The notes below the pieces were generated by a model, which did no database searches, was not told where the DNA came from, and saw only the letters and a program-made list of their open reading frames with translations. Shown here piece after piece: positions 30,512-42,380 of a DNA stretch of 64,000 nt. Within the stretch, counting starts at the first letter, position 1. Each line of letters starts with the position of its first letter. The translations under genes and the position numbers were made by a program. Origin of the DNA: Opitutales bacterium (lineage in GTDB: Bacteria; Verrucomicrobiota; Verrucomicrobiia; Opitutales; UBA2987); contig CBDDEL010000017.1 of NCBI GenBank assembly GCA_965226885.1, forward strand, positions 831,739 through 895,738. Reading direction: 5' to 3'.

Positions 30512-30517
30512 TAACTA

Positions 30518-32341
30518 GAGGCTGTCCCAAAAATATAAAGATTTTGTAGTCAACTGGATGACGTTTATAAAAATAGCCGGAAAGAGCATTTTTTTGCTCG
30601 ATCCGGCTAAAAAAGGGTTCTATAATTGCGTTAGCGAAAATCAATATAGCCCTTTCTATGAAAAATATAGCCATCCAATGCCTCCTGCGTCCAGCTTTAA
30701 CTGTGGTCGACCGTTGCCTCGATTACGATAACTTTCGCGCCATCATCGAGCGTATCGACCGGCTGCTGATCGATTCGGAGGTGGAATCGCAGGGCGTTGA
30801 TCTGGCCTTGGAAAGAGGCCAGCCAATGAGTGTAAAGGCCCGGCAAAAGCGGGCTAATTTTGCCCTCAAGGCGTTGCGTATGGAAACGCTGCGTTATCTG
30901 CTCGGTGGGATTTCGTTTCGGCATTTGTCGAGGGCTCTGGGCAGCAGCGATCTGTTGGCTGACTTTTGTCGTGTCCGCCATATCGACGGCATAAGGGGCA
31001 TCTCCAAGAGCACCCTGGAACGGGCCTCGAAGTTTTTCAGCGAAGAGCAGTTGAGGGCCTTGCACCGGACCTTGACTGAGGTTGTGGGCGATGCCGATCT
31101 GGCCCGGCAGGTGGTGGGATTGGACAAGCCGATAGACACCACCATTTGCCTGATCGACGGCACCTGTTTGGAGGTCAACATTCATTGGCCGACGGACTGG
31201 GTGCTGCTCAAGGATGTAGCGGGCACGCTGCTCAAAGCGATCCGGCTGATCCGTGAGAAGGCCGGTTTGCGCCATCGCATGCCGATCGAACCGGAGCCCT
31301 TGGCTCGGCAGATGAATCGGCTGTGCATACAGATGACCCACAGCCGGCGGCGAAAGGACAGCGCGCGGCAACGCAAGGGTATCTTGAGGCAGATGAAAAA
31401 GCTGCTCAAACGGATCGGGGAGCATGCCCGCAGTCACCGGGAATTATTGCAAGCCTGCTGGGAGCAAAGCGATTACAGCGAAAAACAGGTCCAACAGATC
31501 CTTACCCGGATGGAGCGCATGAGCGAGCTAATCCCGGTGGTCATCAAGCAAGCGCACGAGCGAATCATTGGCGGCCGCCAGGTGAAAAACGCAGAGAAAG
31601 TTTTGAGTGTTTACGAACCCGATGCGCAGGTGATTGTGCGAGGCAAAGCGGGCCAAGAGGTTGAGTTTGGCAACACCCTGTTTTTGGGTGAAAGCGTTGA
31701 AGGATACCTGCTGGACTGGAAACTCTACGGCAGCCGGACGCCAAGCGAAAATGAACAAATGCAAGAGAGTTTGCAAAGACAGAACCGCTTCAACCTAGCC
31801 GAACCCATAGCGGCCATGTGCGCGGACCGGGGATTCGCCTCCCAGCGGGCCCGCCGGCAGTTAGCCCAGGAGGGCATCTACGATGCGCTCTGTCCACGCG
31901 ATCCGAAGCAGTTGAAAAAACGGATGGAGGAACCACACTTCAGGCAATTGCAAAAGCGCCGAGCCAGCACCGAAGGGCGGATCGGGGTATTGAAGAATCG
32001 CTGGCAGGCCGGGCGATTGCGCAGCAAAGGCTTTGCCAACCGCTCGATCAGCGTAGCCTGGTCGGTCCTCTCGCACAATCTATGGAAAGTGGCCAAGATG
32101 CTGGCCCAGCAAGATGAACTAAAAACCAAAGCGGCGGCCTAAATAAAGAGCGGAAAAGCAAGGACAATACTTTTTCACAGGCCTACTGTCGGCCCATACA
32201 AAGAAAACCAGGCAAACGGACCCCAAAACCAGAATCCTAACGTCATAGGAGAGCAAAGTCACCCCCTCCCAAAAGAAAATACCACTAAAATGAACACTCT
32301 TCAAAATCCCCTCGCAAAAATCACCCTTTTGGGACAGCCTC
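30518..32341 (+). mobile_element. 1824-bp DDE IS, copy 3 (transposase 30658..32142)
   Basis: Same TIRs; separated from the MITE by TAACTA. Confidence 0.92.
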
Positions 32342-32673
32342 TATTATAGTGAAGTATGAACTTCCATTCTCACCAGTATGGGAGCCAAACTCAATTTTAC
32401 CTTTTATATGTTTTTTCACTATCATTATTTTTTGGGTTCGATTGATTGCATTGGAAAAACTTTTCCCCTGGGCGGAGGGAAAGCGTTGTTTCTGTCTATT
32501 CTTTGTTGCCGCCTCTTTATTGCCGACTGGTCTCCGGCAAGCCGTTTACAAGATGATTTTCCCGGCCACTTCATTATTCATTGAGTTTCGGTATTAAAAA
32601 CCTTGTTCGTTTATAAGCAGAAGTTGAAAAATAAATTCATATCGGTATAACCGAAGCATAGGGAAACGGCTCA

Positions 32674-34587
32674 TTAACTTGCTCCACCTGCCAATGCATC
32701 ATCCAGCGCCGCTTGCACCGCGGGCAGGAGTTCGATCATCTTGCGCAGACCTGCGGCGCGGATGAGTTCCCAGCGCGCGAATTTGCCGTTTGTCCCGTTG
32801 AATTGCTGAACGGCGCGATGAATCCGCCTGAGGGCGAATGTCTCCGAGGTTTCGGTGACTATTTCAATCATCGTTTTGGTGAGCGGCATTTTGTGCAGGG
32901 CATTTGAGAGGATGGCGCAATCTCCCATTTCTCGCCCAATGACGTTACGGGTGATACGGCAGAGTTTGCCGGGGCAAATGCTTAGTTGACGGGCAATTTC
33001 TTCAACCTGAATGACGAGTTTTTCGTCGCGCACGGCCCAGTCGACCATGGACCGAGGAGAGAAGGTCTGAGCGTGCGGGGGCAGGTGGTTTTTCAGCCAC
33101 GAGCGGTCATGCTGGTATAACCAAGAGTAGATCCCGCGGTCGATGGTTCGAAGTTGTTTCGTACCCTTGTCCGGATATGCTTTGCGTAGGTTTAACCAAG
33201 CGGCCCGCTGGAATTTTACCGTATAAGTTTTCTTTCGCGCCCGAGGCGTATAGATTCCCTCTCTCTTGGTCGGGCGAACCCCCGGGCGTGGAAAGGACAA
33301 TTCTTGGAAGTGCGCGTGCTGTTTTACTGTTTTCGGGTCAACGCCGAGGGTGGCGGCGATCTGACGCAGCGTGAGGCGCTCGTCGAGCCATAATTTCTTC
33401 AACCGTAATTCCCACTTTTTCCCGCGAGTGCGGACAAAATCTGGTTTGACTGCCGGTTTCTCCCAATGGTGCAGGCCATAAGTGTATGCGCATTCAGGAC
33501 ATGTGAAAATGCCGATGTCAATGCGCCGTTTGCGATCGTATTGGAGCTCATATTTCGTGATGGCCGGTTGCTTGAAATGCGGACAGACGGGATTCAAGCA
33601 TAGCCATGGACCCTTTTTTTCTCGCCTCGCCGTTCCCAATGAACGGGCGCGGTCGTGGTAAAAGAAATGTTCTGGGGAGACCTGCAGAAAATTCATTAAT
33701 AGCAAATGGCGTAATGGGGCCATCATGTTTCTCGAAGGTCTCAGCATGCGGGCGAGCCAGACATTTGATTTGTCCTCGTGAACGGGTGATTGGAACACAT
33801 TTAGGATTTCGGCGGAAAAATGCTCCCGGAATTGTGAAATCAACTCACGGAGGCGGACGTATCCACTCTTTGTCGCCAGTGATCGCTGTTGCAACAGTTC
33901 GACGTAGCGATTACGAATGGATTCCAGGTCGGAACCCAAATCGGGATGAGACAAAATCCATTCGATGTCTTTGGCTAACTGCAGAAAGATATTGTCGGTT
34001 AAATTGTGGCGGTCGATCGGCTTCGTCGCGGTTATCAGTCCAGCGGTTTCCGCCGAAAAGAACCGGTGCCGAGTGGTTTGGGGATGAAAGCGGATGTCGG
34101 AGGTATTGAGAATGATCTCGTGTCTCGGACAGATCTCGACACCAGTCAATTGAAAGTGTCGGTGCCAATACGTTTCATCGTATTTTTCCAGGTTTTCGGT
34201 ATTGCATATGGGACAAAACCGAAAATATCGGGGCGGTTTTACGCGGTTGGTACAGATACCGCACCGTGTGCGTACGGAGGCATCATCACTTGTTCGCATG
34301 AACCCTCGAATGGACTCCCTCGCGTTCGAATCGATGAATGGCGCGTAATACGGAAAGAGGGTATGATCGGAGATTATGCCATCCACGGTGTAGGCGTTTC
34401 CAGGGGGTAAGGCGCTGACGATTCTCTCTAGGTGATTGGGCAGGTCTACCACAGCGATAGCATGGCGGCGGCCGAACAGCGCACGCATTACCCCGCCTGT
34501 GGTGGGATATCGCATCCGATTGCTGAAGCGGACGCAGATGCTGTAGAAAAGCTCGTCCTGATAGGATGTTGGTAAATGCCCGATCAT
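32674..34587 (-). CDS. tnsD: Tn7-family target selector TnsD (TniQ domain), 637 aa
   Basis: YQDELFYS, HTLFPYY, RFCPIC, YWHRHFQ..CPRH, YSWLYQHDRSWL, VDWAVRD. Confidence 0.9.
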   Translation of the reverse strand: MIGHLPTSYQDELFYSICVRFSNRMRYPTTGGVMRALFGRRHAIAVVDLPNHLERIVSALPPGNAYTVDGIISDHTLFPYYAPFIDSNARESIRGFMRTSDDASVRTRCGICTNRVKPPRYFRFCPICNTENLEKYDETYWHRHFQLTGVEICPRHEIILNTSDIRFHPQTTRHRFFSAETAGLITATKPIDRHNLTDNIFLQLAKDIEWILSHPDLGSDLESIRNRYVELLQQRSLATKSGYVRLRELISQFREHFSAEILNVFQSPVHEDKSNVWLARMLRPSRNMMAPLRHLLLMNFLQVSPEHFFYHDRARSLGTARREKKGPWLCLNPVCPHFKQPAITKYELQYDRKRRIDIGIFTCPECAYTYGLHHWEKPAVKPDFVRTRGKKWELRLKKLWLDERLTLRQIAATLGVDPKTVKQHAHFQELSFPRPGVRPTKREGIYTPRARKKTYTVKFQRAAWLNLRKAYPDKGTKQLRTIDRGIYSWLYQHDRSWLKNHLPPHAQTFSPRSMVDWAVRDEKLVIQVEEIARQLSICPGKLCRITRNVIGREMGDCAILSNALHKMPLTKTMIEIVTETSETFALRRIHRAVQQFNGTNGKFARWELIRAAGLRKMIELLPAVQAALDDALAGGAS

Positions 34588-37500
34588 GCCACATCGTCGA
34601 GGAATTCTGCCGCTGATTTGATAAAACCTTTTGCCTTCAAGGCATCGAATGGAGAAAGCCCTTCCGCCTCACCATGAGCGACAACTTCCATCAGACTATC
34701 AGGCGGGAAGGTTCCCTTTTTTCGCTTGGCACGTTTGGAAATGCGTCGAGGCTTTTTGGGAGAACGTTTGACCGATGATTCGGGGCGAGCACTTGAGGTT
34801 TCGGTTTGAACCCGGTTTCTGGCTGCATGCGGACCGTTTGGACTGGCTGATGCTATTACTCTACCGGCCGCTACATTCCGTTGTTCCCTTTGAATTTCAC
34901 GGTCGATTTCAACCGGGTAAACATCATTCAAAGAGCGCAGGGCCATGGTGTCTCCGGTTCTGAGGGCTCTCAAAACCGGTTGAGCCATTTTAAATGAGTC
35001 GACCGCTACCGAGCGGATTATTCCGGGCGTAATACATTTTTTGCCAATAGCATCCCATAGGAAATAACGCAAAACGGCTGGAATTGCTCTTGTTCGCCTG
35101 TTTCACTAGAAGCAGGTTACTATGAAAAAACAAAAAGCAAATCCAGCCAAATGCAAGGTGTGCGTTCTGCGACAGCTTTGCAATTTTATTCCGGGACATC
35201 TGGTGGCCAAGTTGGCCCGCCAGTATGGTGTCGATAAGAAAGCTCGCAGTTTCAGTCCATGGAGCCATATCGTTAGTTTGCTCTATGCTCAGATCACTCA
35301 TGCTATTGGGCTTAATGATGTCTGTGACGGACTCGCTCATCACAGAGGGTTGCTGGCCAGTATCCGGGGGGCCAGCGCTCCCAGTCGCAACGGGCTTTCC
35401 TACGCCAACAAGCATCGCGATGCCGCGATGTCGGGAGAACTGTTTTGGTCGGTGCTCAAGCACTTGCAGTCGTTGTCTCCGGGGTTTGCGGGTGGTAATT
35501 TCAAGGGGTTTCCCCGACGTTTCAAACGTGTTATCAACATCGTCGATTCGTCCACTATCGGTTTGGTCGCCAACTGCATGGATTGGGCTAAACATCGTCG
35601 ACGAAAGGCGGCCGCCAAATGTCACTTGCGCCTGGATTTGAAAAGTTTTCTGCCCCGGTTTGCCATCATCGACACGGCCAGGGACAATGACGCCAAACGA
35701 GCCCGTGAAATGTGCGCCGCCCTCAAAGCCGGTGAAATCGTATTGTTTGACAAGGCCTACATCGATTTGACCCACCTCTTTGACTTGTCATCGAGGGGCA
35801 TTTACTTTGTCACCCGGGCCAAAAAGAACATGGCCTTGCGCTGTGTCAAGAGGCTGCTCAAGAAGCCCAAGGGCAATATTTTGCGCGATGATCTGGTGGT
35901 CCTTAAGAACAAAAAATCCCGTCAGGATTATCCCCAGCCGATGCGCCGGGTAACGGCATGGGTGGAGATTGATGGCCAGTGGCGAGTGATGGAATTTTTG
36001 ACTAATAATTTGCAATGGTCGCCCCATACGATCAGCGAACTGTATCGCTGCCGCTGGTCCATTGAAACCTTCTTCCGCCAAATCAAACAAACGCTCAACT
36101 TGTGCGATTTCCTCGGCCATAGCGCCAATGCCGTGCGCTGGCAGATTTGGAGCGCTTTGCTGCTCTATGTGCTGCTCCGCTTCCAGGCCTGGTTGAGCCG
36201 CTGGGAGCATAGTTTTGTCCGCCTGTTCACACTTGTCAGAGGCGTGCTTTGGGATCGCTTTAACCTGCGGGACTTGCTCGATTTCTATGGGACAGCCGGT
36301 GGACGCTTTAGAATGCGAGCGACTCCCCAGCAGGCTTATTTCCCTGGGTTTGGTTGAAAACCTATGGGACAGCACAAGGTGGCAAAAGCAATAAAAGAGA
36401 AACATGTGATAAAATTTCAAAAATTCGATTCCCCCAAAAGTCAAAAACTCACATTGATTATCAATGTGTTACGAAGCTTGCCTCGCCCCTATGGGATGGT
36501 ATTGATTTTTTGCCAGTAGTTATGGCTCGGACCTGTGCCAGCATAAACATTTTAACCGCGAAATCCAAAACACCTTGGGACTCGTCATAAAGAGTGCGGT
36601 TGAAATCATCGGTTAATGGAACTACATCTTGAGTGTACTGGTACCGCCATAAGGCCTTTAGAAAATACCGCCACTCCTCGTCATTACGCATCCTATCCCA
36701 GCGCATTTCTCCCTGGCCCGAACCGCGTCGGATCTGACGAAATTTAGCGGACAGCATGGGCTCGGCCTTATATGTGCCGATAAGAACGACGGGCAATCCG
36801 ATGGTGTTGATCAGCTGGACGAAGAAATTCAGCATCTTCTCCGCACCGCCAGACTTGCTTACGCACAAATGTTGTATTTCGTCGATCACGAGCACTCCAA
36901 TCGAATGAATTGAGGCAATTCGTGACATGGCGGGAAGAAGCTCATCTACGGTTTTCCTACGGCTACTAGAATATTCGTGATAATAGTCGGTTCCGAGAAC
37001 GTGGTCCAAAGATTGAAAGAAATTCAGGCAAAGACCTTTTATCGAACCATCGAATGGACACGCTAGTTTCAGCCACACAACTTGGGTGCGATTGAAGGGG
37101 ATTCCACGGTAAAGGCTGTGGTCGATGACCTGAGGATAAAGATCTAAGGTTTCCTCCGCGGCGGTCGTTTTGCCCCCGCCTGATATTCCGATTATTGTAA
37201 AACCATTGGCAGTAGATCGATAGACAGGTTTTGTGATCGAGGACTGGCGAGTTGCCTGAACACGACCCTCCAACTCCTTCCAATGATTCCTTGCCAATGG
37301 ATTACGGGCCAGATAACCAGAACGGATCATGCGCGAGAATCTCTGTTCCAGCTCAATATGGATGGACATCGGAGCGAAGAATTGGAGCGTATTTGAAATC
37401 ATGTGTAGACGCAAATGTCCCGGATAACTTCGATCTGCATCCGAATACTCAGGATAACTTGCCAGAGCGCGGCAGATCTCGTCCGGACTGAGGATTGGTG

Positions 37501-37618
37501 GTAGCGCTTCAATCAGCGGATTATCTCTATACATAGTGAGAATAGGATCACAGTAGGAGGCCAGTTCGCGCCTACCAGCAAATACTTCAAAAGGCGGAGG
37601 ATCTTTCGGCATATTCAT
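34584..37618 (-). pseudogene. tnsC: Tn7 TnsC AAA+ ATPase, split by an IS4 element
   Basis: NPLIEALP, GISGGGKT, VIDEIQHL; removing the IS rejoins ITTGKK|CITPGII. Confidence 0.9.
35045..36504 (+). mobile_element. IS4-family element (transposase 35122..36357)
   Basis: TIR CAATA(G/C)CATCCCATAGG; 9-bp TSD ATTTTTTGC; YRCRWSIETFFRQIKQ. Confidence 0.92.
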
Positions 37619-39793
37619 GAATTTTTCCACTGTTGTTCCTGATGAGTTACCAGCAGTTTCAGTTGCGACGGAGGCGGGGTATAAGATTCGACGTCAGGCT
37701 CATGCGACTTTCCTGGGTCAATATCTTCCATCAGTTTCTCTTCCTCTAACGGTTTTGTTAAAACAGCGAGTCGGCGTTCATGTTCACGCTCAAGTTTCCG
37801 ATTGGCGCGAATTCCAGTGACACGAGCCCTATTGCTCTGTCCTGTTTGCGCGGTTTTTGTCTGTTCTGCGGCCGAAGAGACGATGGCGTCGGCCTTTGCT
37901 CGAAAATCGGTTTTGGATTGGCGGTCGCTCGTTGCTGCGAGTTCCTTTTGCATTTTTTGCACCTGAGCTTGCGCATGGAGTTCGACCCAGGCGCGTCCAT
38001 GGAAGCGCTGGTCAGGATCCACAAGTTTGCATGCTTCGGGAGGTGTGTTGCCGTCCGGGCGAAGATAGATAAAATCCACGCTCCTAGGATCATAGGCGAT
38101 GTCGATTTTCCATGTACCAGTGGTACGAGCGCGAACGAACCACCGTTCTTTAATAGCCCTTTCGCAGGCGTAGAAAACTTTTTTGAAGCAAATACCCTTT
38201 GATGTGACGGTGGCTTTTGCCGGGGGTAACAGGTTCATCCGCAGAAGGCTTGGATCCATTTGACGCAGATGCCCGGAAAGGTTATTGATGCCCCACTCCC
38301 AGAGGTTGATCGGCCGTGGTTCCAATTGGTCCGCCATCATTGATTCGTCCAATCGATAGTTTGTTAATAGCGACTGATTGTGTTCCAAGATAAAGTGGAT
38401 GATGAGTTTAGTAAATTGGTGAAGGTCAAGAACAGCATCGAGGCGGTAATCCCGGTCTCCTCGCTCACGGTCTTTCTTTACGTGACCGGGAAGCCAATGA
38501 ATGACGCAATCATTAACGGTTCGAAAGCTTCTCTCAACCAAACCTTTAAGATCGGCTCTGTAAGGGGGTGTATTATCCAATTTTATATTCAGACTGTTTA
38601 TCAGAGTATCGGCCTTGGGACCCTCTAATTCGCCCCGGTCGGCAACGATGCACTCCGGGATGTGCCGACAGGGCCAATCCTCCCGCGAAATCGTGATGCC
38701 GTAATGTTCACAAAATTCGACTTTGTCCGAAGCTGCATTTTCGATGGCCAAAGCCGCCGCCTGGTAGCTTGCATTCTCAGTGGTAACATTGAATCCGACA
38801 ATCATCCTAGAAAAAACATCCACGAGAAAGTAAAGAGTCGGGCGACCAATAATTCGGCTTCGGTTCAGGGAACTGACGAGGTAAATATCCGCAGTGGTGG
38901 CATCGATTTGGTAAACGCAACCGGGACCGAACACAGTCTTAGAGGAATCGCCAATGACGGCTCGATTACGTAGATGGAAGTGTCGTTGGCCTTTTCGCGC
39001 TTTCAAAGTATTCGAAAGGTCCCTGTCCTTGTAATAGACATACTTAAACTGCCGGAACGAGGGAAGCTCATGGACAGGTGGTAATACTGGGACCATTCGA
39101 TCATCGATTAAATCGTAACGAATATGAAAAAGTCTTCCAATGTCCGATCGTAAGCTTCTTCCAACGTGTATTTCCCTCTTAATCTGGGATTGTCATGGAA
39201 CCGTTTGATGCCTTGACGAATTTTGTCCTTTTCTTCTGGGCCAATATTAATCCCATCCTGAACTCCCATGACCCTTCGCGTTTGGTTCGGCCGCCCCCGT
39301 TTTTTTGCACCGGGAGCCCGTAATTTCCCTTTGCCTCCACATTTGTGGAAACATGGAAGCAAAGCGTTTTCGCGCAACCGTAGCGCCAGTATTTCCTAAG
39401 GTAGTTGTAAATATATTTCTTCTTTTTACCGGTGCGCACCATTGTTTCCAGAATCAGCTTTCCACGAATTTTGGAGTCGAACGCACCGTGGTCGGGAACC
39501 TCTATGATCGATTTAATTACTGCCCATGCGCAATCGCGACGTTTTCGGTGATATTCCGGGATAGATTTCTCTTGCCGGTGTAATTGGGGAGACGAAACGG
39601 GGGGTAGAAGCGTGCAATCCTTACGCTCAAGTGCATCAAGAATCTCGGATTTTGGATGAGATATCGGGAGAGCGTTTGGATCAGAGATTGTGAATAGAAC
39701 AACACAATCGGGCGTCATCGCGAGTATCCGATCGATACGTTTCTCGCTCCCTAAATCGGACCATTCGAGTGTCATGTTTACAGTGAGATTCAT
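37615..39793 (-). pseudogene. tnsB: Tn7 TnsB DDE transposase, with frameshifts near 39380 and 39110
   Basis: YLRKYWRYG, GPGCVYQIDAT, VDVFSRMIVG, ADRGE, KGLVER across three ORFs. Confidence 0.9.
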
Positions 39794-39800
39794 GGGCTGA

Positions 39801-40637
39801 TTACGCTGCGTCCACGGTTTGGGCCGTCGACGCGGGCGTTTTGGTGAAAATCAGTGGAGAGGTCGGATCGATGCGCCGGGTCATCTTCACAGCCCAGCGA
39901 CGCGTCGCGATGAAATGCCTGACTAATGAGAGGGCCGTTCCCGGCTCCAAACCGAGTCTGTCGTCGCATTCTGAAGTAGCTCGTGAAGGTGCCGTTTTAG
40001 AAGATATCAATGGAATGAGGAAGGTTTCGATTTGCTCGAGCCCTTTTTCAGCCAGAGACAGGCCTTCTGGAAGATCGCGAAAATTGTGCACCCATTCAAT
40101 ATTCCGGGCGACCGTCTTGGTTACCCGATCTTCACAAATGATGCCCCAATTGGTCTTTCTGGCCTTCCAATACTCCAGTTCGATGGCAAACTTTTCAATG
40201 CCCCGAGAGGACGCGAGCTCATTGGAAGGTTTCACGGTGCGCGCCACTTCAGTCTCATTTAGTCCATTCCTGATCGTTAGCAGAAAATCCGTAGTCATCA
40301 CCACCGGGCTTCGAGTTTTTGGGTCGGATGGGTGTCGAACCCCCAATCGTTCAGCGATGGCAATCGTTTTTTCAATTGGTAAAAGGGGAAATTGCTCCCG
40401 AATGTCGACAACTTGCTTCGCGTAGTCGAAAACATAAAAGTTTGCAGTTTCCCCCCGACTGAGGAGATGGTGGATCCGGGACGTCGTCCAGCCGTTGATT
40501 CGACTAGACACTCCATTGGAGCCGACATCGTGGATATTGAGCCACGGCGTGTAAGCGGCTCCCCGACCTTGCCCGCGCCCCTCGGAAATCCGTTTCTCTA
40601 TAGTCGTAGCGGTGGTCTCTCTTTTGCGTTTGGGCAT
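39801..40637 (-). CDS. tnsA: Tn7 TnsA endonuclease
   Basis: EGRGQGRG..YTPWL, HHLLS, DIREQFPLL, VMTTDFL, ARTVKP. Confidence 0.95.
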   Translation of the reverse strand: MPKRKRETTATTIEKRISEGRGQGRGAAYTPWLNIHDVGSNGVSSRINGWTTSRIHHLLSRGETANFYVFDYAKQVVDIREQFPLLPIEKTIAIAERLGVRHPSDPKTRSPVVMTTDFLLTIRNGLNETEVARTVKPSNELASSRGIEKFAIELEYWKARKTNWGIICEDRVTKTVARNIEWVHNFRDLPEGLSLAEKGLEQIETFLIPLISSKTAPSRATSECDDRLGLEPGTALSLVRHFIATRRWAVKMTRRIDPTSPLIFTKTPASTAQTVDAA

Positions 40638-40774
40638 GGGGTTTAAAATTTGGATGATTAAAAATTAAGCTCGTAAAAGTCCTATAATAGCTACAGAATA
40701 TATATAAATTAGTATAAATTTACCCGTTATAAGCTGTATAAAACTATATATTATAGCTATTGTCAAATAAAAAG

Positions 40775-41422
40775 ATGGAAATACGGAAAAAAAATCCCTC
40801 CAACCATTCCGAGCGATTGAGGCGACTTAAGAAAACGGAAGAACTAACATGGCCTCAAATGGCGAGGAAACTGAGGGTCAGCACATCCTTACTTATGTTG
40901 GTAAACAGAGGCGATCGCCAGCTAACGGAAAAGGTTATGGTGCGATTGGAGTGGGCAGAAGTGGAAGCCGGGTTCAGAGATGAGTCCGAGATCAGCGAGG
41001 CAGCCAGAGAACTAGGGCGTAAGTTGCGCCCGATTCGCCCAGAGATTACCATCGATGACGTGGAGAAGGGGTCATTTCAGCTTCAGCCAGATTACGTTCC
41101 GGATGCACCGAAAGGAGAACTTCCAAAAAACGTCAAATTGAGGAAACCGCAGCCCGAGGCAATCCGTCGGTTGGGTGTCATCGTGGCGAAATCGTTCGAT
41201 TTCGATATCGTATTGCTGGCTTGTTTGGAACCGAAGCTGCGCAGCAGGAAGTATTTGAAGCGACTAGACATCGGATCGCAGGAATCTCTCCGCGATGCGG
41301 CGATGGCCCTTGTCTTCGGGATGGAATGGCAGACGGCGGTTGCAAACTTGGCCGTTGACTACCGAGTCGGGGATTCCTCAGAGGTTGAACGTATCCTGGG
41401 AGATCATCGGAATCCTTTATGA
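40775..41422 (+). CDS. XRE-like HTH protein divergent from tnsA, inside the Tn7 right end
   Basis: RLRRLKKTEELTWPQMARKLRVSTSLLMLVNRG HTH-like N-terminus; C-terminal domain not recognised. Confidence 0.6.
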   Translation: MEIRKKNPSNHSERLRRLKKTEELTWPQMARKLRVSTSLLMLVNRGDRQLTEKVMVRLEWAEVEAGFRDESEISEAARELGRKLRPIRPEITIDDVEKGSFQLQPDYVPDAPKGELPKNVKLRKPQPEAIRRLGVIVAKSFDFDIVLLACLEPKLRSRKYLKRLDIGSQESLRDAAMALVFGMEWQTAVANLAVDYRVGDSSEVERILGDHRNPL

Positions 41423-41468
41423 TTCAACAAGTTGCGTTCATTCCGCGATTTGGCGAGGACGGGGGCAG

Positions 41469-41561
41469 ACTTTATTGTCCGGCGCAGAGCGGCCAGTTTC
41501 CAAGTTTATTGTCCAGGTTACATTTATATTGTCCAGGATATTACCTTATTGTCCGTCTACA
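41469..41561 (-). mobile_element. Tn7-like right end (element 1)
   Basis: Minus strand TGTAGACGGACAATAAGG followed by closely spaced GGACAATA repeats, resembling Tn7R TGTGGGCGGACAATAAAG. Confidence 0.85.
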
Positions 41562-41571
41562 ACAAAACTAC

Positions 41572-41731
41572 TGTACTCGAACAATAAAGTTTGATACCGG
41601 ACAGATTCATAATTCGTTGATGATCAACGCATGTAAAGTGGAGCATATAGAGACTGAAAACAATAAACTTTGATACTGAAAGGCCATTTCCACTTATTTC
41701 CCGAAAATCAAGAACAATATAGTTTGATACC
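41572..41731 (+). mobile_element. Tn7-like left end (element 2)
   Basis: TGTACTCGAACAATAAAGTTTGATAC plus two more spaced ACAATAWASTTTGATAC sites at about 41660 and 41714. Confidence 0.75.
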
Positions 41732-41755
41732 AGCGGTCATGGAAAGGACTGTGAA

Positions 41756-42001
41756 CTATGGAAAGGACTGTGAACTGGATATCGCCATTTCCAAGGCGAT
41801 GCAGGTGGACTTTCTTCGTCCCAGCTTTTTCGCTTTCTGAGCAAGCCTTATTCTCTGGGAATTATTGAAGGCTTTGGGTTTTCCACCGAGTTGCTCGATC
41901 AAGATATGCCTTTCCTCAGTCAGATACTCAATAACAGCCTGTTGATGCCGGTTCACCCAGCCCGCGACCAGATTTACCATGAAGTGAAATGGTAGATTCA
42001 T
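41756..42001 (-). pseudogene. N-terminal remnant of a PVC-type rve integrase/transposase
   Basis: VAGWVNRHQQAVIEYL..E..IL..QLG...RIRLAQKAKKLGR. Confidence 0.65.
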
Positions 42002-42380
42002 AAGCTAGACTAACCATTAGCTTAACTTGCACATACTCAATGCCTTATTTGGATGGGCTGATTTTTTTGGCCCTACACCCCTTTTTTGGCAAGAAAGTGG
42101 CAAGAAAAAACTCAGGTGACCGGGCATATCATTCTACCTGCCGTTCCATACCCAGAATCATGAGGTCCGCATCATGGTTCGCGAGATACGAAGTCGCATC
42201 CACAACCCAGCCGTCGTCTCATTCCTCTCCGTCTTCCTCCACCTCCTCCTCTCCCCGCATGTTCGTCCACAACAGAAGGCACTTTCCGGCGGAGAATGCG
42301 CAGGAGAACTCCGTTCAGAAAGAGTTCTCCTACAGAGACTCAAGAAGATCACACGGATATCCCTGAAATCCTGATATTTA

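Noticed and set aside
41469..41731. Spaced repeats near tnsA as a CRISPR mini-array (CAST)
   Set aside because: The repeats are short, degenerate, irregularly spaced and follow TGT termini like TnsB sites; no cas genes are seen.
42040..42374. Short ORFs with a purine/pyrimidine-biased tract
   Set aside because: No recognisable motifs in any frame; probably a decayed remnant.
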